Source: Heptranchias perlo
Lineage: Eukaryota
Direction of reading: 5' to 3'
Assembly (NCBI RefSeq): GCF_035084215.1
Contig: NC_090345.1
Coordinates: 5,084,001 to 5,148,000, forward strand
Length of the DNA: 64,000 nt
Shown here one piece after another: positions 1-11,628 of this stretch. Position 1 is the stretch's first letter; each line of letters starts with the position of its first letter. Position numbers and translations under genes: made by a program. The notes beneath the pieces are model-generated. The model had not been told where the DNA came from, did not search any database, and worked only from the letters and a program-made list of their open reading frames with translations.

Positions 1-75
1 AAAAATCTTCCGTCTCAGATCATCTTCGTTCTCTGAACCATCTCCATTCACCGCGATATATGTACATTCACCAAA
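1..75 (-). CDS. HPS1: HPS1 (BLOC-3 subunit) coding exon 3, truncated by the window edge
   Basis: Translates FGECTYIAVNGDGSENEDDLRRKIF after a CAG acceptor (76-78); resembles recalled vertebrate HPS1 FGECLFIAINGD..EGDLRRKL and is in phase with the previous exon. Confidence 0.9.
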
Positions 76-1422
76 CTGAAATCAGAAAACCAAACTCAGA
101 TTAATGAAGGAGTCTCACTCTCGAGGATCCCTTTTAATCTGTTAAAATGAGTAACGATTAACGATTCATTTTAAAGCAACAATCGGCCTTGATTTGACAG
201 CAAAATCATTAGCCTTTCAATTCTACCATCAAACAATCTGCTAATTGATAAACACTAGTCGATCTCCCATAGCATTGCACATCAGGTGTCCAGGCCAAGT
301 GCAGTTGGAAAGAAAGGGATAATTTGAACAGGGCCGAGAGAAGATGTAATGATGGAGGCCAGAAGGTGTTAAAGGGGCAAGGCAGAGGGGCATGGTAATA
401 TATGACTGGGGTGGGGGGAGTGAAGGTAGAGGAAGGTTACAAAGATGAGGAACAAGAGGGAAGGTGGAGCACGGTTAGAGGTTTGGGTGCAAGGAGGAAG
501 ATCGGAGGCTGGTAGGGGGAGAGCAGAGCAGGAATAGGGAGATGAGGAAAGAGAGAGCCTAGAAGGAGGGGGAAAAGAATCGAAGGCTGCCAGAGCAGGT
601 GATCGGGATTTGGGGTTGGAGGAGTGGTGTACAATATGCCTCCTATTTTAGCATTGTCTGCAATGTAAATAATTCTGAGGACCAAACAGCTCATTAAGCC
701 ATCTCATAATCTCCTCTGTTCCAACTAAAACAGCCCCAATTTTTCAAGTCATTCTTAATATTTGTATTTCCTCATACCAGGCAGCATCCTAGTGAATCTG
801 ATGGATCATTGGTTCATATTTCCATTACCCACCTACTCCTCCACCTCAAACTGCTGAGTTCCTGAGCACAGCTACACTGAGGTAGGGCGGAGAGCTCGTC
901 AATGTCAGGGAGAAAAAATAGTAGGAATAACTCATTGACAAGCCACTGTCAGACACTCTGAAACAGACGGTTTGAAGATGTATTAACGGAGGGATTGAAA
1001 CATCCCCAGATTGCTCTCCTGTCGTATAGTTGGAGAGATCAGAGGGGGGGGGGGGGGTGAGGGAAATCACATGATCATAAAAACACACATTAAGTCACCC
1101 AGGATACAGCCTGGTTTTTTTTTTAAAGAAATTTGCTTGCCAATTTGCCTCCTTTCCTGAAGGGATTGATTCCTTAGTTTAGTACCGTTCTACAAATGCC
1201 AACCACCCTCAGTTACCATTCCCAAGGAGCCATATTAAAAAATTAAAAAGTTCAACAACAGGGATGATTGTCAACATCATTGAACCACTGTTACTAGTCA
1301 CCTATCAGGAAATGTTTTGAAAGCGTATCAGACAAAAGTGCCTTTTAAAATCCATCAGAGCTTGGACCGTGGCACACAACCCGAGCAAGTTACATAGGTC
1401 GACAGAACTCTGAACTCCCTAC

Positions 1423-1563
1423 CTGGTGCAATATGAAGAGGTAGTTGTTCTCACTGACAAAAGAGGTGTACGTGTCCGAGATCTTCTCATTCAGGGTAAT
1501 GCAGGAAATGAGAAGTGGAGCAAATAGTGTGTTTATGCTGTCCTCAAAGGCTGGAGCGTGAAC
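1423..1563 (-). CDS. HPS1: HPS1 coding exon 2
   Basis: 141 nt, phase 0/0, AG/GT flanks; VHAPAFEDSINTLFAPLLISCITLNEKISDTYTSFVSENNYLFILHQ resembles HPS1 [33 protein letters not shown]. Confidence 0.92.
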
Positions 1564-1664
1564 CTGTGAACACATGAAACAGTGCACCTGTATTATGTAT
1601 GTTACACCTTCCTTCTCAGTTTTAAATTTGTTTTCAATTTCTCCCTCCTCCCCACAAGCATCAG

Positions 1665-2290
1665 CTTGGCTCAGTTGGTGGCACTCTCGGCTCTGAGTCA
1701 GAAGATTGTGTGTTCAAACCCCACTCCAGGCTTGAGCATATAACCTAGGCTGACACTTCAGTACAGTGCTGAGGGAGTGCTTGAGATGAGATGATAAACT
1801 GACACCCCATCTAGCTGGTCACAGAGCTTAAAAGATAAAAACACTGAGACAGGAAAAGACCCTCTGGTCCATTCAGCCCAGCCCACACAACTACAATGCC
1901 TTGTGTATCACAATACATACACTGCCTACCCCACCCCAATTGAAAGCCATGTAATCTTCTGGGAGAAGCAAAAAAAAGATTAAAAACCCAGGCCGATTAG
2001 GGAAAAAAATCTGGCAAATTCCTCTCTGACTACCTTAGGTGATCGAAACTAGTCCAGGAGACCACTCTGGCCCTGAATAATTTTATACAGTACCTACCTT
2101 TTGTACAAGGTGATCGCCGCCCCAGCTCTCGTTTGATCCCATAGTACTATTCGAAAGGTTCGTCTGGTGTCCTGGTTAACATTTATCCCAGTTTGTTGGA
2201 CCTTATTGTGCACAAGTTGGTTGCCATATTTGCCTACTAAACAGTAACTGCACTTCCAAAGAAATTCATTGGCTGTGAAGCGCTTTGGGA
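1665..2290 (+). mobile_element. tRNA-derived Deu-type SINE, interrupted by a LINE fragment
   Basis: A box TGGCTCAGTTGG and B box GTTCAAACC at the 5' end; the conserved GTGCACAAGTTGG-type core resumes near 2200. Confidence 0.65.
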
Positions 2291-2679
2291 TGTTCTTACC
2301 ATGGAGTATGGTTCCACAGGTGTCCAGTGCCCCCTCACCTCTCTCGAGTACCCACTATTCACAAGGCACAGGAAGTGACGGCAGTTTAACTGTGAGGTGC
2401 ATCTCAACCAAGGCTGACCCTATCCTCACCCAACATTCATTCACACGCACTGAACAACTGCCAGGGCTAGCAACTATATTTACTCAGTCACCGGGGAGCT
2501 GTATTTTAATTTAATTCACTCCTTGCCACATACAATCCAGCCAGATAAAGAAAGAAAAAGCAAAATACTGCGGATGCTGGAAATCTGAAATAAAAACAGA
2601 AAATGCTGGAGAAGCTCAGCAGTCAGGCAGCGTCTGTGGAGAAAGAGTTAACATTGCTCACGAAATTTATGTCAGATAA

Positions 2680-3085
2680 AGAAAGACTTGCATTTATATA
2701 GCACCTTTCATGGACATCCCAAAGAACTTTACAGTGTAGTTACTGTTGTAATGTAGGAAACGTAGCAGCCAATTTGCACACAGCAAGCACCCACAAACAG
2801 CAATGTGATAATGACCAGATAATCTGTTTTATCGATGTTGGTTGAGGGATAAATATTGGCCGGGACACCTCGCCTGCTCTTCTTCAAAATAGCAGCATGG
2901 GATCTTTTACATGCACCTGAGAGGGCAGATGGGGCCTCGGTTTAACGCCTCCGACAGCACAGCACTTCCTCAGTACTGCACTGGAGAGTCAGTCTAGCTT
3001 CTGTGCTCAAGTCTCTGCAGTGGGGCTTGAACCCACAACCTTCTGACTCAGAGGCGACAGTGCTATCCACTGAGCCACGGCTGAC
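2680..3085 (-). mobile_element. tRNA-derived Deu-type SINE (family present in more than 15 copies in the window)
   Basis: Carries the recurrent core GCAGCCAATTTGCACACAGCAAG..CCCACAAACAGCAATG..ATAATGACCAGATAATCTG, with the tRNA-like head at the right end. Confidence 0.8.
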
Positions 3086-4366
3086 ACCTAGGCTCCACAT
3101 TCTTAAACTCAGTCTGGTTCAAAAACATGCACTGGCTACTTGTCCTCTAGTTTTCCCTCCTAGCCTTTCGTGCAAGGTGTGTCTTGGTGATCACATTCCC
3201 AACAAGCCCTCACACCCCAAAAGGTAGAGGTTGGGGAAATCATCCCACAAATCTCCCCTAATACTCCATAACAGAGCAATGGTAACAGAAAATCATTTCT
3301 GGGGCAAGCATTCAGCATCTCAACCAAGGCTGACCCTATCCTCACGCAACAGGCGTGAAACTGAACCATACAGGCTAGGAAGATCCCTAGTCTTTGCTGA
3401 GTCAGCTTATATCGGCCAGGGCAGCGGTTGGTTTGCTAGAGTTAGTCTCCTGATTGTCATCCAGTGACTCCTGCTGGAAAATGGAGTGTCAGCACATGCA
3501 ACATTGAGTGAGGAAGGGATCAACAGCAGTGGCAGAGCCAGTGGAACACAGGAACAAAAGGAGGCCATTCAGCCTCTCGAGCCTGTTCATAGAATCATAG
3601 AAATTTACGGCACAGAAGGAGGACATTCGGCCCATCGTGTCTGTGCTGGTCGAAGAAGAGCTATCCAGTCTAATCCCACTTTCCAGCTCTTGATCTGTAG
3701 CCTTGTAGGTTACGGCATCTCAAGTCCACATCCATGTACCCTTTAAATATGATGAGGGTTTCTGCCTCTACCACCCTTTCAGGTAGTGAGTTCCAGACCT
3801 CCACCACCCTCTGGGTGAAAACATTTCTTCTCAACTCCCCTCTAATTCTTCGACCAATCACTGTTCTGCCATTCAATTAGATCATGGCTGATCTGCACCA
3901 TAACTCTATCTACCTGCCTTGGTTCCGTAACCCTTAACACCCTTGCCCAACAAAAATCTAAGGATCAAGCTGAAGGCATGGTGGGGACACGACCCCAAAT
4001 CATTGAGGTGGTTCAACACAGTTTTGGAGGACCGCCTCCATTTCGCTCCCAGGAACCCCTTGGGCCTCCAGGTGTCTGTGGGGTTTCCAGCTCTGATTTC
4101 ATACTAGGCAAGTCGGCAATCCCCAGTTCCCAGCTCGCTCCCCTTCCTGCCAAATCTTGAGATCGACCCGCCACCACTTTATCAGCCAAACCCAGGCCCA
4201 TCACTGCTCAATCAGTGGCAGTCAGTGGCACAATCAAATATCCTGCCAGCACTCTGGGTTCACACATAAAGAGTGGCCACTTGGGTGCAGCACAGTCGAA
4301 CTATACCCCAGCCAACAGTCTGATAGCTGTGCCTTCAGTGCATGCCACTGGTGGTCTCCATTTTAC

Positions 4367-4483
4367 CTCTCCGTGTTGCTCGACCATTTTCTCGAATCGC
4401 TGCCTCAGGCTCATCTCAAAGTCGTGGTCCGTCCAGTAAAAGAGGACCTCGGCGCTCTCACTGGCAATCAGGAGGCACTTCAT
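4367..4483 (-). CDS. HPS1: HPS1 first coding exon
   Basis: ATG at 4483-4481; MKCLLIASESAEVLFYWTDHDFEMSLRQRFEKMVEQHGE closely resembles the HPS1 N-terminus MKCVLVATEGAEVLFYWTD; GT donor at 4366-4365. Confidence 0.95.
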
Positions 4484-4589
4484 CTCCGTGGCCCCAATTA
4501 ACCCTCAATGCTAAACCATACTGGGCAGCTCCAGCCCTCAACCCAGTCCAATTACCCCTCGGAGCTCAAGCCCCCACAGGAGCTCACAC

Positions 4590-5257
4590 CCCCAATTACC
4601 CCCCCACGTAGCTCACGCCCCCCAAATCACCCCCCCCTCGTAGCTCACACCCCCAATTGCCCCCTGTAGCTCACGCCCCCCAATTACCCCCTGTAGCTCA
4701 CGCCCCCCCAATTACCCCCCGTAGCTCACGCCCCCCCAATTACCCCCCGTAGCTCACGCCCCCCCAATTAACACCCTGTAGCTCACGCCCCCCCAATTAA
4801 CACCCTGTAGCTCACGCCCCCCCAATTAACGTCCGAAGCTCATGCCAATTACCCCGTAGCTCACGCCCCCAATTAACGCCCTGTAGCTCACCCCCCCAAT
4901 TACCCCCCCCGTAGCTCACGCCCCCAATTAACGCCCTGTAGCTCACGCCCCCAATTACCCCCCCCGTAGCTCACGCCCCCAATTAACCCCCCCGTAGCTC
5001 ACGCCCCCAATTAACCCCCCCGTAGCTCACGCCCCCAATTACCCCCTCCCCGCAGCTCACGCCCCCAATTACCCCCTCCCCGTAGCTCACGCCCCCAATT
5101 AACCCCCCCCCCGTAGCTCACGCCCCCAATGAACCCCTCCCCGCAGCTCACGCCCCCAATGAACCCCCCCCCCGTAGCTCACGCCCCCAATTAACACCCC
5201 CCCGTAGCTCACGCCCCCAATTAACACCCCCCCGTAGCTCACGCCCCCAATTACCCC
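4590..5257. repeat. C-rich minisatellite (~25-30-bp unit CCCCGTAGCTCACGCCCCCAATTA), probably in HPS1 intron 1
   Basis: More than 20 tandem copies are directly visible. Confidence 0.95.
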
Positions 5258-5329
5258 TTCAATGCAAGTCTTTCTTTCTTTAACTCATAGAGCAGCCTCA
5301 GTCCCTAAGGGTAAAGTTAGCTTGTGTCC

Positions 5330-5660
5330 GGGGGGACAGCGACCCTCCCTGTGCTCACGGTCCCCGGTCCCGCGCCTCCCCCCCCCGCGCTCACAAACCC
5401 CGATCTCGGGGTCGATTTGAAAAATAAACGAATTCAGCTCGAGCCGCCCCACCAAGTCCACGTGACTCCGCCAGCCTCGGCCAATCAGCTGCGCAGTGAC
5501 CCCACAGGCCCATCCAATCGGCTTCCAGCGAATCGACGGGCTCGTCCAATCGGTCACGCGTAACGCCGCTGAACAGCCAATCATTTGCGGATTCTCGAGC
5601 GAGGCTCGGGTGCGGATCGCAGTGCGCAGGCGCGCTCGGTGTGGAATGTTAATATTGCTG
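5330..5660 (-). promoter_or_regulatory. CpG-rich promoter and probable non-coding first exon of HPS1
   Basis: CpG-dense island with several CCAATC boxes (about 5481, 5514, 5546, 5577), a CACGTG E-box near 5459, and a candidate minus-strand GTGAG donor near 5354-5358. Confidence 0.65.
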
Positions 5661-5689
5661 AACTTCAATCGAAGTTGTGCTCTGACTGT

Positions 5690-6040
5690 GGCGCCTTTTA
5701 ACACTTTTACAGTGAGATTTAAGAAATGTTACTACAAAAGCAATAATGGCTTAAGGTAATGACCAGATAACCTGTTTTAGATGTTGGTTGAGGGATAAAA
5801 ATTGTTCAGGACAACCCCCCTGCCAAATAGTGGCTATAGAATCTTTCACATCCACCTGAGAGGGTAGGCAGGGCCTTGGTTTAATGTCTTAGCCGTAAGG
5901 CAGCACCTCTGACAGTGCAGCACTCCCTCAGTACTGCACTGGAAACGTCGGCCTGGATTATGTGTTCAAGTCTCTGGAGTGGGACTTGAACCCACAACTT
6001 TCAGACAAGAGTGCTATCCACTGAGCCATGGCTCACACCT
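5690..6040 (-). mobile_element. tRNA-derived Deu-type SINE
   Basis: Same family as 2680-3085. Confidence 0.7.
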
Positions 6041-6686
6041 ATCAATTGCTTGATGGGATTGGTTTGAACACCAGCAGGATTTTTTAAAAATTTATTCTCA
6101 GGATATGGGTGATGCTGACAAGGCCCCATTTTATTTGAACGTTTCTAGAGAAGATGGCGTTTGGGCTTTCTCTTTGAATGACTGCAGACCCCATGCAAGA
6201 TCCCATTCGAGATGTTTGTGCGTTATGTGACCATAGAATCTTACAGCATAGAAGGAGGCCACTTGACCCATCATGCCTGTGCTGGCTCTTTGAAAGACTT
6301 ATCTAATTACTCCCACTCTCCCCTGCCCTTTCCCCATAGCCCTGTGAATTTTTCTTTTTCAAGTATTTATCCAATTCCCTTTTGAAAGTTTCTATTGAAT
6401 CTGCTTCCACCGCCCTTTCAGGCAGCGCATTCCAGATCATAACAACTCGCTGCGTTAAAAAAACATTTCTCCTCACCTGCCACCTGGTTCTTTTGCCGGG
6501 GAAGGAGCACAGGAGGGGGAGGGGAGAAGAGAAGGGTGGGGGAAGAGAGGAGGGGATAAGGGGAAGGGAGATGGGAAGGGGAGAAGGTCAAAAGAGGATG
6601 GAAAAAAATGTCATCTAAGACAACCTTATTTCCAGCAACTTGAGCAAATAAACGAACAGACCACCAACATTGTTCCCACGGCTACA

Positions 6687-6692
6687 TTTATT
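6687..6692 (-). terminator. Candidate polyadenylation signal (AATAAA) for PGAM1
   Basis: TTTATT on the plus strand at the end of ~950 bp of unique, UTR-like sequence. Assignment to PGAM1 is inferred. Confidence 0.35.
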
Positions 6693-8068
6693 CACAAGGT
6701 TGTGTTGTTACAGGAAGGTTTGGAATGCAAAGGTGCTCACGGCTGTGCTCAGCGCACCCTCGAGTTCCTTACTACGATGCTCAGCAACGATCCCCAAGCA
6801 GCAACGTGGCGAGTAAAAGCTGGGGGGTGGGGATAGAGAGAGAAAGAGGGGAAATCAGTGATGATAAAGGGCAGCACCTCTCAGGGTGCCCCTGGTGATG
6901 GAAGCACAGAAACAAATGTCGCTCTGAGCTATCGAGGCCTTTCTCTAAACAAAATTCCACAAGACAGCCTCCAACTTTAGGTTGCACATTGTATTCAGGG
7001 GCTTCCTCCCCAGAACGATGTGATCAGGGGTTGTTTCGTTGAGGTGATTGCAGTAGATGTTTGGTTGGCCATTGGCCGGTTTGGGGGTGGGGGGGGAGAT
7101 CATGATCATAATGATTACAAAACAGAAGGAGACCACTTTGCTCATCCTGCTTGGTGCCGGTGCTAGCACTTCAACCAGAGCTGTCGACTCTAATCCCATT
7201 TCCCTGCCCGTTTCCCCCCCGCCGCCCTGTCCTTTCATGTTCTTCCTTTTCAATTTTTTAATCCAGTTCTCTTTTAAATGATGTTTTAGTCTTTGCTTGA
7301 GAATATAGCCATCCCCAGAGAGATGTCTGGAGAGGGAGGGAGGCCATTTCCAACAAGATGATGGCCCCTCACACAAAAAAAACTTGAACCCTCCAGAAAT
7401 CAAATACCTCAACATCAAGAAGAAGGCAGAGGGAATTATTATAACGCCCCCTCCCCCATTTTCTCCTTCCCAGTTTCGCCCAAGTTGGCAGTATTCGCAT
7501 GTGAGGCTTGACAGTGACTTGTCAATTAGCAATGTTACCATGGAAACATTAAGAGCTGAGCCCAATCCTCAACATCCACCATGTTCCAGTGGGATAAAGC
7601 TCAGGTCTGGGGATTTTCTTCCCAGCCCTAGCATTGCAGCAAATTGTAACACCCGTACCTCGTGCCCCAGCTTAGATCAGCTAACTCTGTGGGAACAGTA
7701 CCCATAAATTGCGTGATGGGGTGCCTTCAATATTCTTAGGGGAAATCCTGAAATGGAGTTCAGCTTGAAAGCTGCCCACAAAATGGAGTTCAGCTGTTGG
7801 ACTGAATGCTGGGAAGTGACTGGAAAACAGGCCATTTCAAACCATCAAACCATAAAGCTGACAGGCTTTTAAGTGATTAAGCCATAAAGCCTGTAAGTTA
7901 ATTGCTCCTGGAAGGTTTGTTTATATGACAGACATTCCTTACTAGTGTGAGAAGCTAATGTCCCTGGGCTCAGGCCTCGAATAGAGCTCTTAGTGAGAAA
8001 TAAACATGTCACATCCCTTCATCTTGGTTTGAGACACCTTGGTGGATAAGCTGGGAACAGAGACTTGT

Positions 8069-8623
8069 GCCTAAATTTTTACTCCGAGTCGGGAAGACGG
8101 CTTGGGTGGGGGGGGGAGGGAAGGAGTTCCTGACGGGAAACCCGGAAGTACAGGTTTCCCGGATGTCCTTATGATTTTGACATAAGGACGTCTTTTATTT
8201 TTTTGATGGTTTCCCGCCCGACAGACTGGCCTGATTGACAGACTGGCCTCAGTCAGACGGAAGAAGAGGAAGGAAGAGGATGCGAGAAGGTACGACTTAG
8301 ATGGGGGGGTTCAGAGGTCATTTGGGTCAAGATCAGGGGTCACCAGGGAGTTGGGGTCATTGAGGGGTCAGAGATCACGGGGGGGGGTCAGAGAATCCTG
8401 GCCCCCAGAGGTTAAAAATAAAAAAGCTGTAAAAATGGAGGCCCGCAATCTCCTTGAAAGATTTTAGTGACTGACCCACCCCCTAAGAGTGGTTGGTCAC
8501 CCGCCCCTCGACCCGCCTCTGTTAAAACCGGAATTGGCGGGTTGGGGGCGAGTTTTAGATTTTTTAAATCTTTACTGCCCTCCTGCCCCCAACCCACCCA
8601 TTTTTCCAAGTTAAAATTTAGGC
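8069..8623. mobile_element. MITE-like element with terminal inverted repeats, nested in cassette 1
   Basis: Ends GCCTAAATTTTTACT ... AGTTAAAATTTAGGC are inverted repeats; internal motifs recur at about 20365-20705. Confidence 0.65.
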
Positions 8624-8844
8624 CATGAAGTCTGTCCTGATTGGCCCCGATCATGCTCCAATGGATTTGACAGGAAGCCTACGTTTATCAGAGATGATTG
8701 ACAGAAGGGCGGGTCGAGACCTTCTAGCACGTGTCACTCTGATTGGTTAATTGAATGTAAGCAGCTTCTCTTTGAAATTAAGATATAAAATAGAAATCTG
8801 TGCACCCATCCAGTCAGTAGACATTTTAATACTAACAGTAGCAG

Positions 8845-9300
8845 GCTCTCTGAGTCTCTCTTACTCTGTCTGCATCTCTCTTAGTCCCTCCAGGTCCCTC
8901 TTAGGCCCTCCGAGCCCCTCTTAGTCCATCCGGGGCCCTCTTAGTCTCTCCGGGTTCCTCTTCGTCCCTTCTGATCCCTCTTGGTCTCTCTGGGTCCCTC
9001 TGAGTCCCTCTTACTCCCTCTGAGTCCCTTAGTCTCTCTGCATCCCTCCAAATCCCCCTTAATCTCTCCGGGTCCGTCTTGGTCTCTCCGGGTCCGTCTT
9101 GGTCTCTCCGGGTCCCTCTTACTCCCTCCGAGTCCCTCTTACTCCCCCTTGATCTCTCCGCGTCCCCCTTGATCTCTCCGCGTCCCCCTTGGTCTCTCCG
9201 CGTCCCCCCAAATCCCTCTTGGTCTCACCGGGTCCCTCTTGGTCTCTCCGGGTCCCTCTTGGTCTCTCTGCATGTCTCTAATCTCGTTTAGTCTTGCTAA
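8845..9300. repeat. Pyrimidine-rich ~20-bp minisatellite (TCTCTCCGGGTCCCTCTTGG-like)
   Basis: Degenerate tandem copies directly after the TATA box of cassette 1. Confidence 0.85.
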
Positions 9301-10502
9301 GTTTCTGAGTCTCGCTTAGTCTAGGTTAGTTTCTCTGAGTCTCTCTGTAGTCAGTAATAATAGAAACAAGAGTCTTTCTGAGACTCTCTATGCTTCTCTT
9401 TGTAATTAAAAGACTCCATTGTCTTCTTTAAAAGTTTTACCTAGCAGGTGCAGAAGGTATTTTTACAAGTACGAGTATATGGAGGACAGAGAGTAAAAAT
9501 TAGATCAATTCTATGGCTATAACAGCTAGTTACAGACAGAGTTAAGTGTGTCGCTGAATGGTACAAGTATCTGAGATTAAGAAGGCTGAGAGGCAATCCA
9601 GTTAGCAAATATTGGCATTCATGTGAAACCAAAACCAAGAACCCAAGTGGAACAGATAATCCCGCCTCCGAAGGGGGCTCATCGACTCAACGCTCCAGAA
9701 TCTAATGCTTGTGTCCCAGGGAAGGAAGGAGATGGACTCAGCCAATCCGCTCATAAGGACAAGGTTGTATAAGCTCTGGAACATTATTAATCACACACAA
9801 AGACCCTGAGCTATCTGATAGTCTAGCTATCTAATGCTGTTAACTTGTCAGCTAGATAGAGAATTAACCCTAAATTAACCTCTCCCATTGTAACAATCTC
9901 AGACTCTAATCACTGCTATAACTAATACTCGGCATATGTTAATGCTGATTTACAGTGATACGCTGAATTGCCCATGTAAGCTCTGTGACTCATTTGCTAT
10001 GTAACTCTGTCCTATTTGTGATTTGCTATTCAAACTGCTAGATAACTCTGACTACATCTATCCATATCTAGTAAGGGTTTGTATACCCAACTTTAACTTT
10101 TAACTTTGTAACCAATAAATAGTCATTAGTGCATGGCTGGTTGTCTGACTCCATCTTTGATGATTTGGTAAGAAAGAGTTAATTCATTTATTCAATAGCT
10201 TGTGAGTATCCTAATTGAGGGTTGGTGAAATAAATTCATTTCAATCGGAACTGGTTAATGTACAGACAGTTCAGAACGCCGACTCAGGCCTCGCTCACTC
10301 CTAGACCGTAATCTGGGCGGTAAAACCCCAGACGGTTCCTTCATGAGGAGTTAGAGCAAGGAGATTAAGAATTTGGCTGGTTCCTTGGCATATATTTGTC
10401 GAGATACCAAACACCCAGCGTTCCTACAACTCAGAGATATGGACTTTGCCTCCAAGCCGGGGGGGATGCCTGGGATTGTTTTTCTGCAATTATCAGTGAC
10501 AT

Positions 10503-11627
10503 TGTAACAGGGTGGAGCAAGAAAATAGTCGGAGCCACACAAGAACACTTCTCAATCAACAATTACTAATGGGAAGTGGACTGTCCAAGTGTTTGGGACA
10601 AGTTTTGACAATATAAAAGTGCCACATCCCCTCATATTTGTGTGACACACCTTGATGGGAGGAAGACTGATGAGTCGGGAACGGAGACAGAGAGTCCCAC
10701 ATCCTCGAGAAATCCACGCCTCAGTAACTTACAGGTGAACCCAAGGGTATCCATGTTTATTAGAAGTGATTGACACATTAGAAAGTTCACTTCTATCGGT
10801 GTCACTCCGATTCGTCAACTGAATGTAAGAATTTTCTCTCTGAAGTTAAGGTATATAAAAAAAGAGTTTTGACACATCTATAGTCTGTAGTAGAGTAAGT
10901 GGATTCCCTTTGTCTTCGCTAGATGTAGTTTCTTTTTGTTGGTTAGAGGAAGATTCTCTTTGTGTTGTCTAGTCTTCTTCTGCAAGTAATCTTTACCAGC
11001 ACAAGTATATTTAGGACAGAAAGTAGGAGGTTGTAGAAGTCAAACTGAACAGCTACACCAGCCAGGTAAAGGCAGAGATGAGAGCGTCACTCAAGTGTCC
11101 AAGGAAGGTGAGAGAAAGCCAGCTAGCTCAGATACCATCACCCCTGCGAAGGTGGGCTCAGCCGGAACCAAGGATCCAAGTGAAACAGATAAAGTCACTG
11201 TCAAAGGGGCTTGTCAACTTAATGCTCCAGAGGCTACTGCCTGCGTCCCAGAGGAGGAAGAATGTCGACACAACCATGCCGCTCATAAGGACAAGGTCAT
11301 ATAAGCTCTAGAAACATTGCTAATCTCTAGCACCGAGACCTTAATCGATCCAATAGACTAACGATCTAATGCTGTTAACTTGTCATCTATCCAGGGATTG
11401 AACTCTCGTTTAACCTCACCAATTTGCAGTAGTCTCAGATACTGATCTCAACAATAACTTAATAATTGGTGACTCTGTTAGTGCTGAATTACGATGGGAT
11501 TACTGAATTGCCTTTACAATTTCTGTTACTCAATAAATAGTTGTTAGTGCACGACTTGACCTCAATGATTTGGCAAGAAAGGGTTAATTTATTCACTCGG
11601 TAGTTTGGGGTAAAACCCTTTTTAACA
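10503..11627 (+). mobile_element. LTR-like cassette 2 of the tandem array
   Basis: Starts TGTAACA, ends TTAACA; TATATAAAA at 10852, AATAAA at 11532; diverged paralog of cassette 1. Confidence 0.65.
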
Positions 11628-11628
11628 G

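Larger units (their letters stand above)
7645..10501 (+). mobile_element. LTR-like cassette 1 of a tandem array
   Basis: Starts TGTAACA, ends GTGACA; ATTGG at 8742, TATAAAA at 8784, AATAAA at 10114; 8690-10205 is alignable by eye to cassette 2. Confidence 0.6.

Noticed and set aside
1665-1740. tRNA-like sequences with A and B boxes (also near 35880, 49795, 51570, 56338)
   Set aside because: They are SINE heads continuing into the Deu core, not tRNA genes.
6945-7565. 206-aa minus-strand ORF
   Set aside because: No recognisable motifs or exon structure; the composition looks like UTR.
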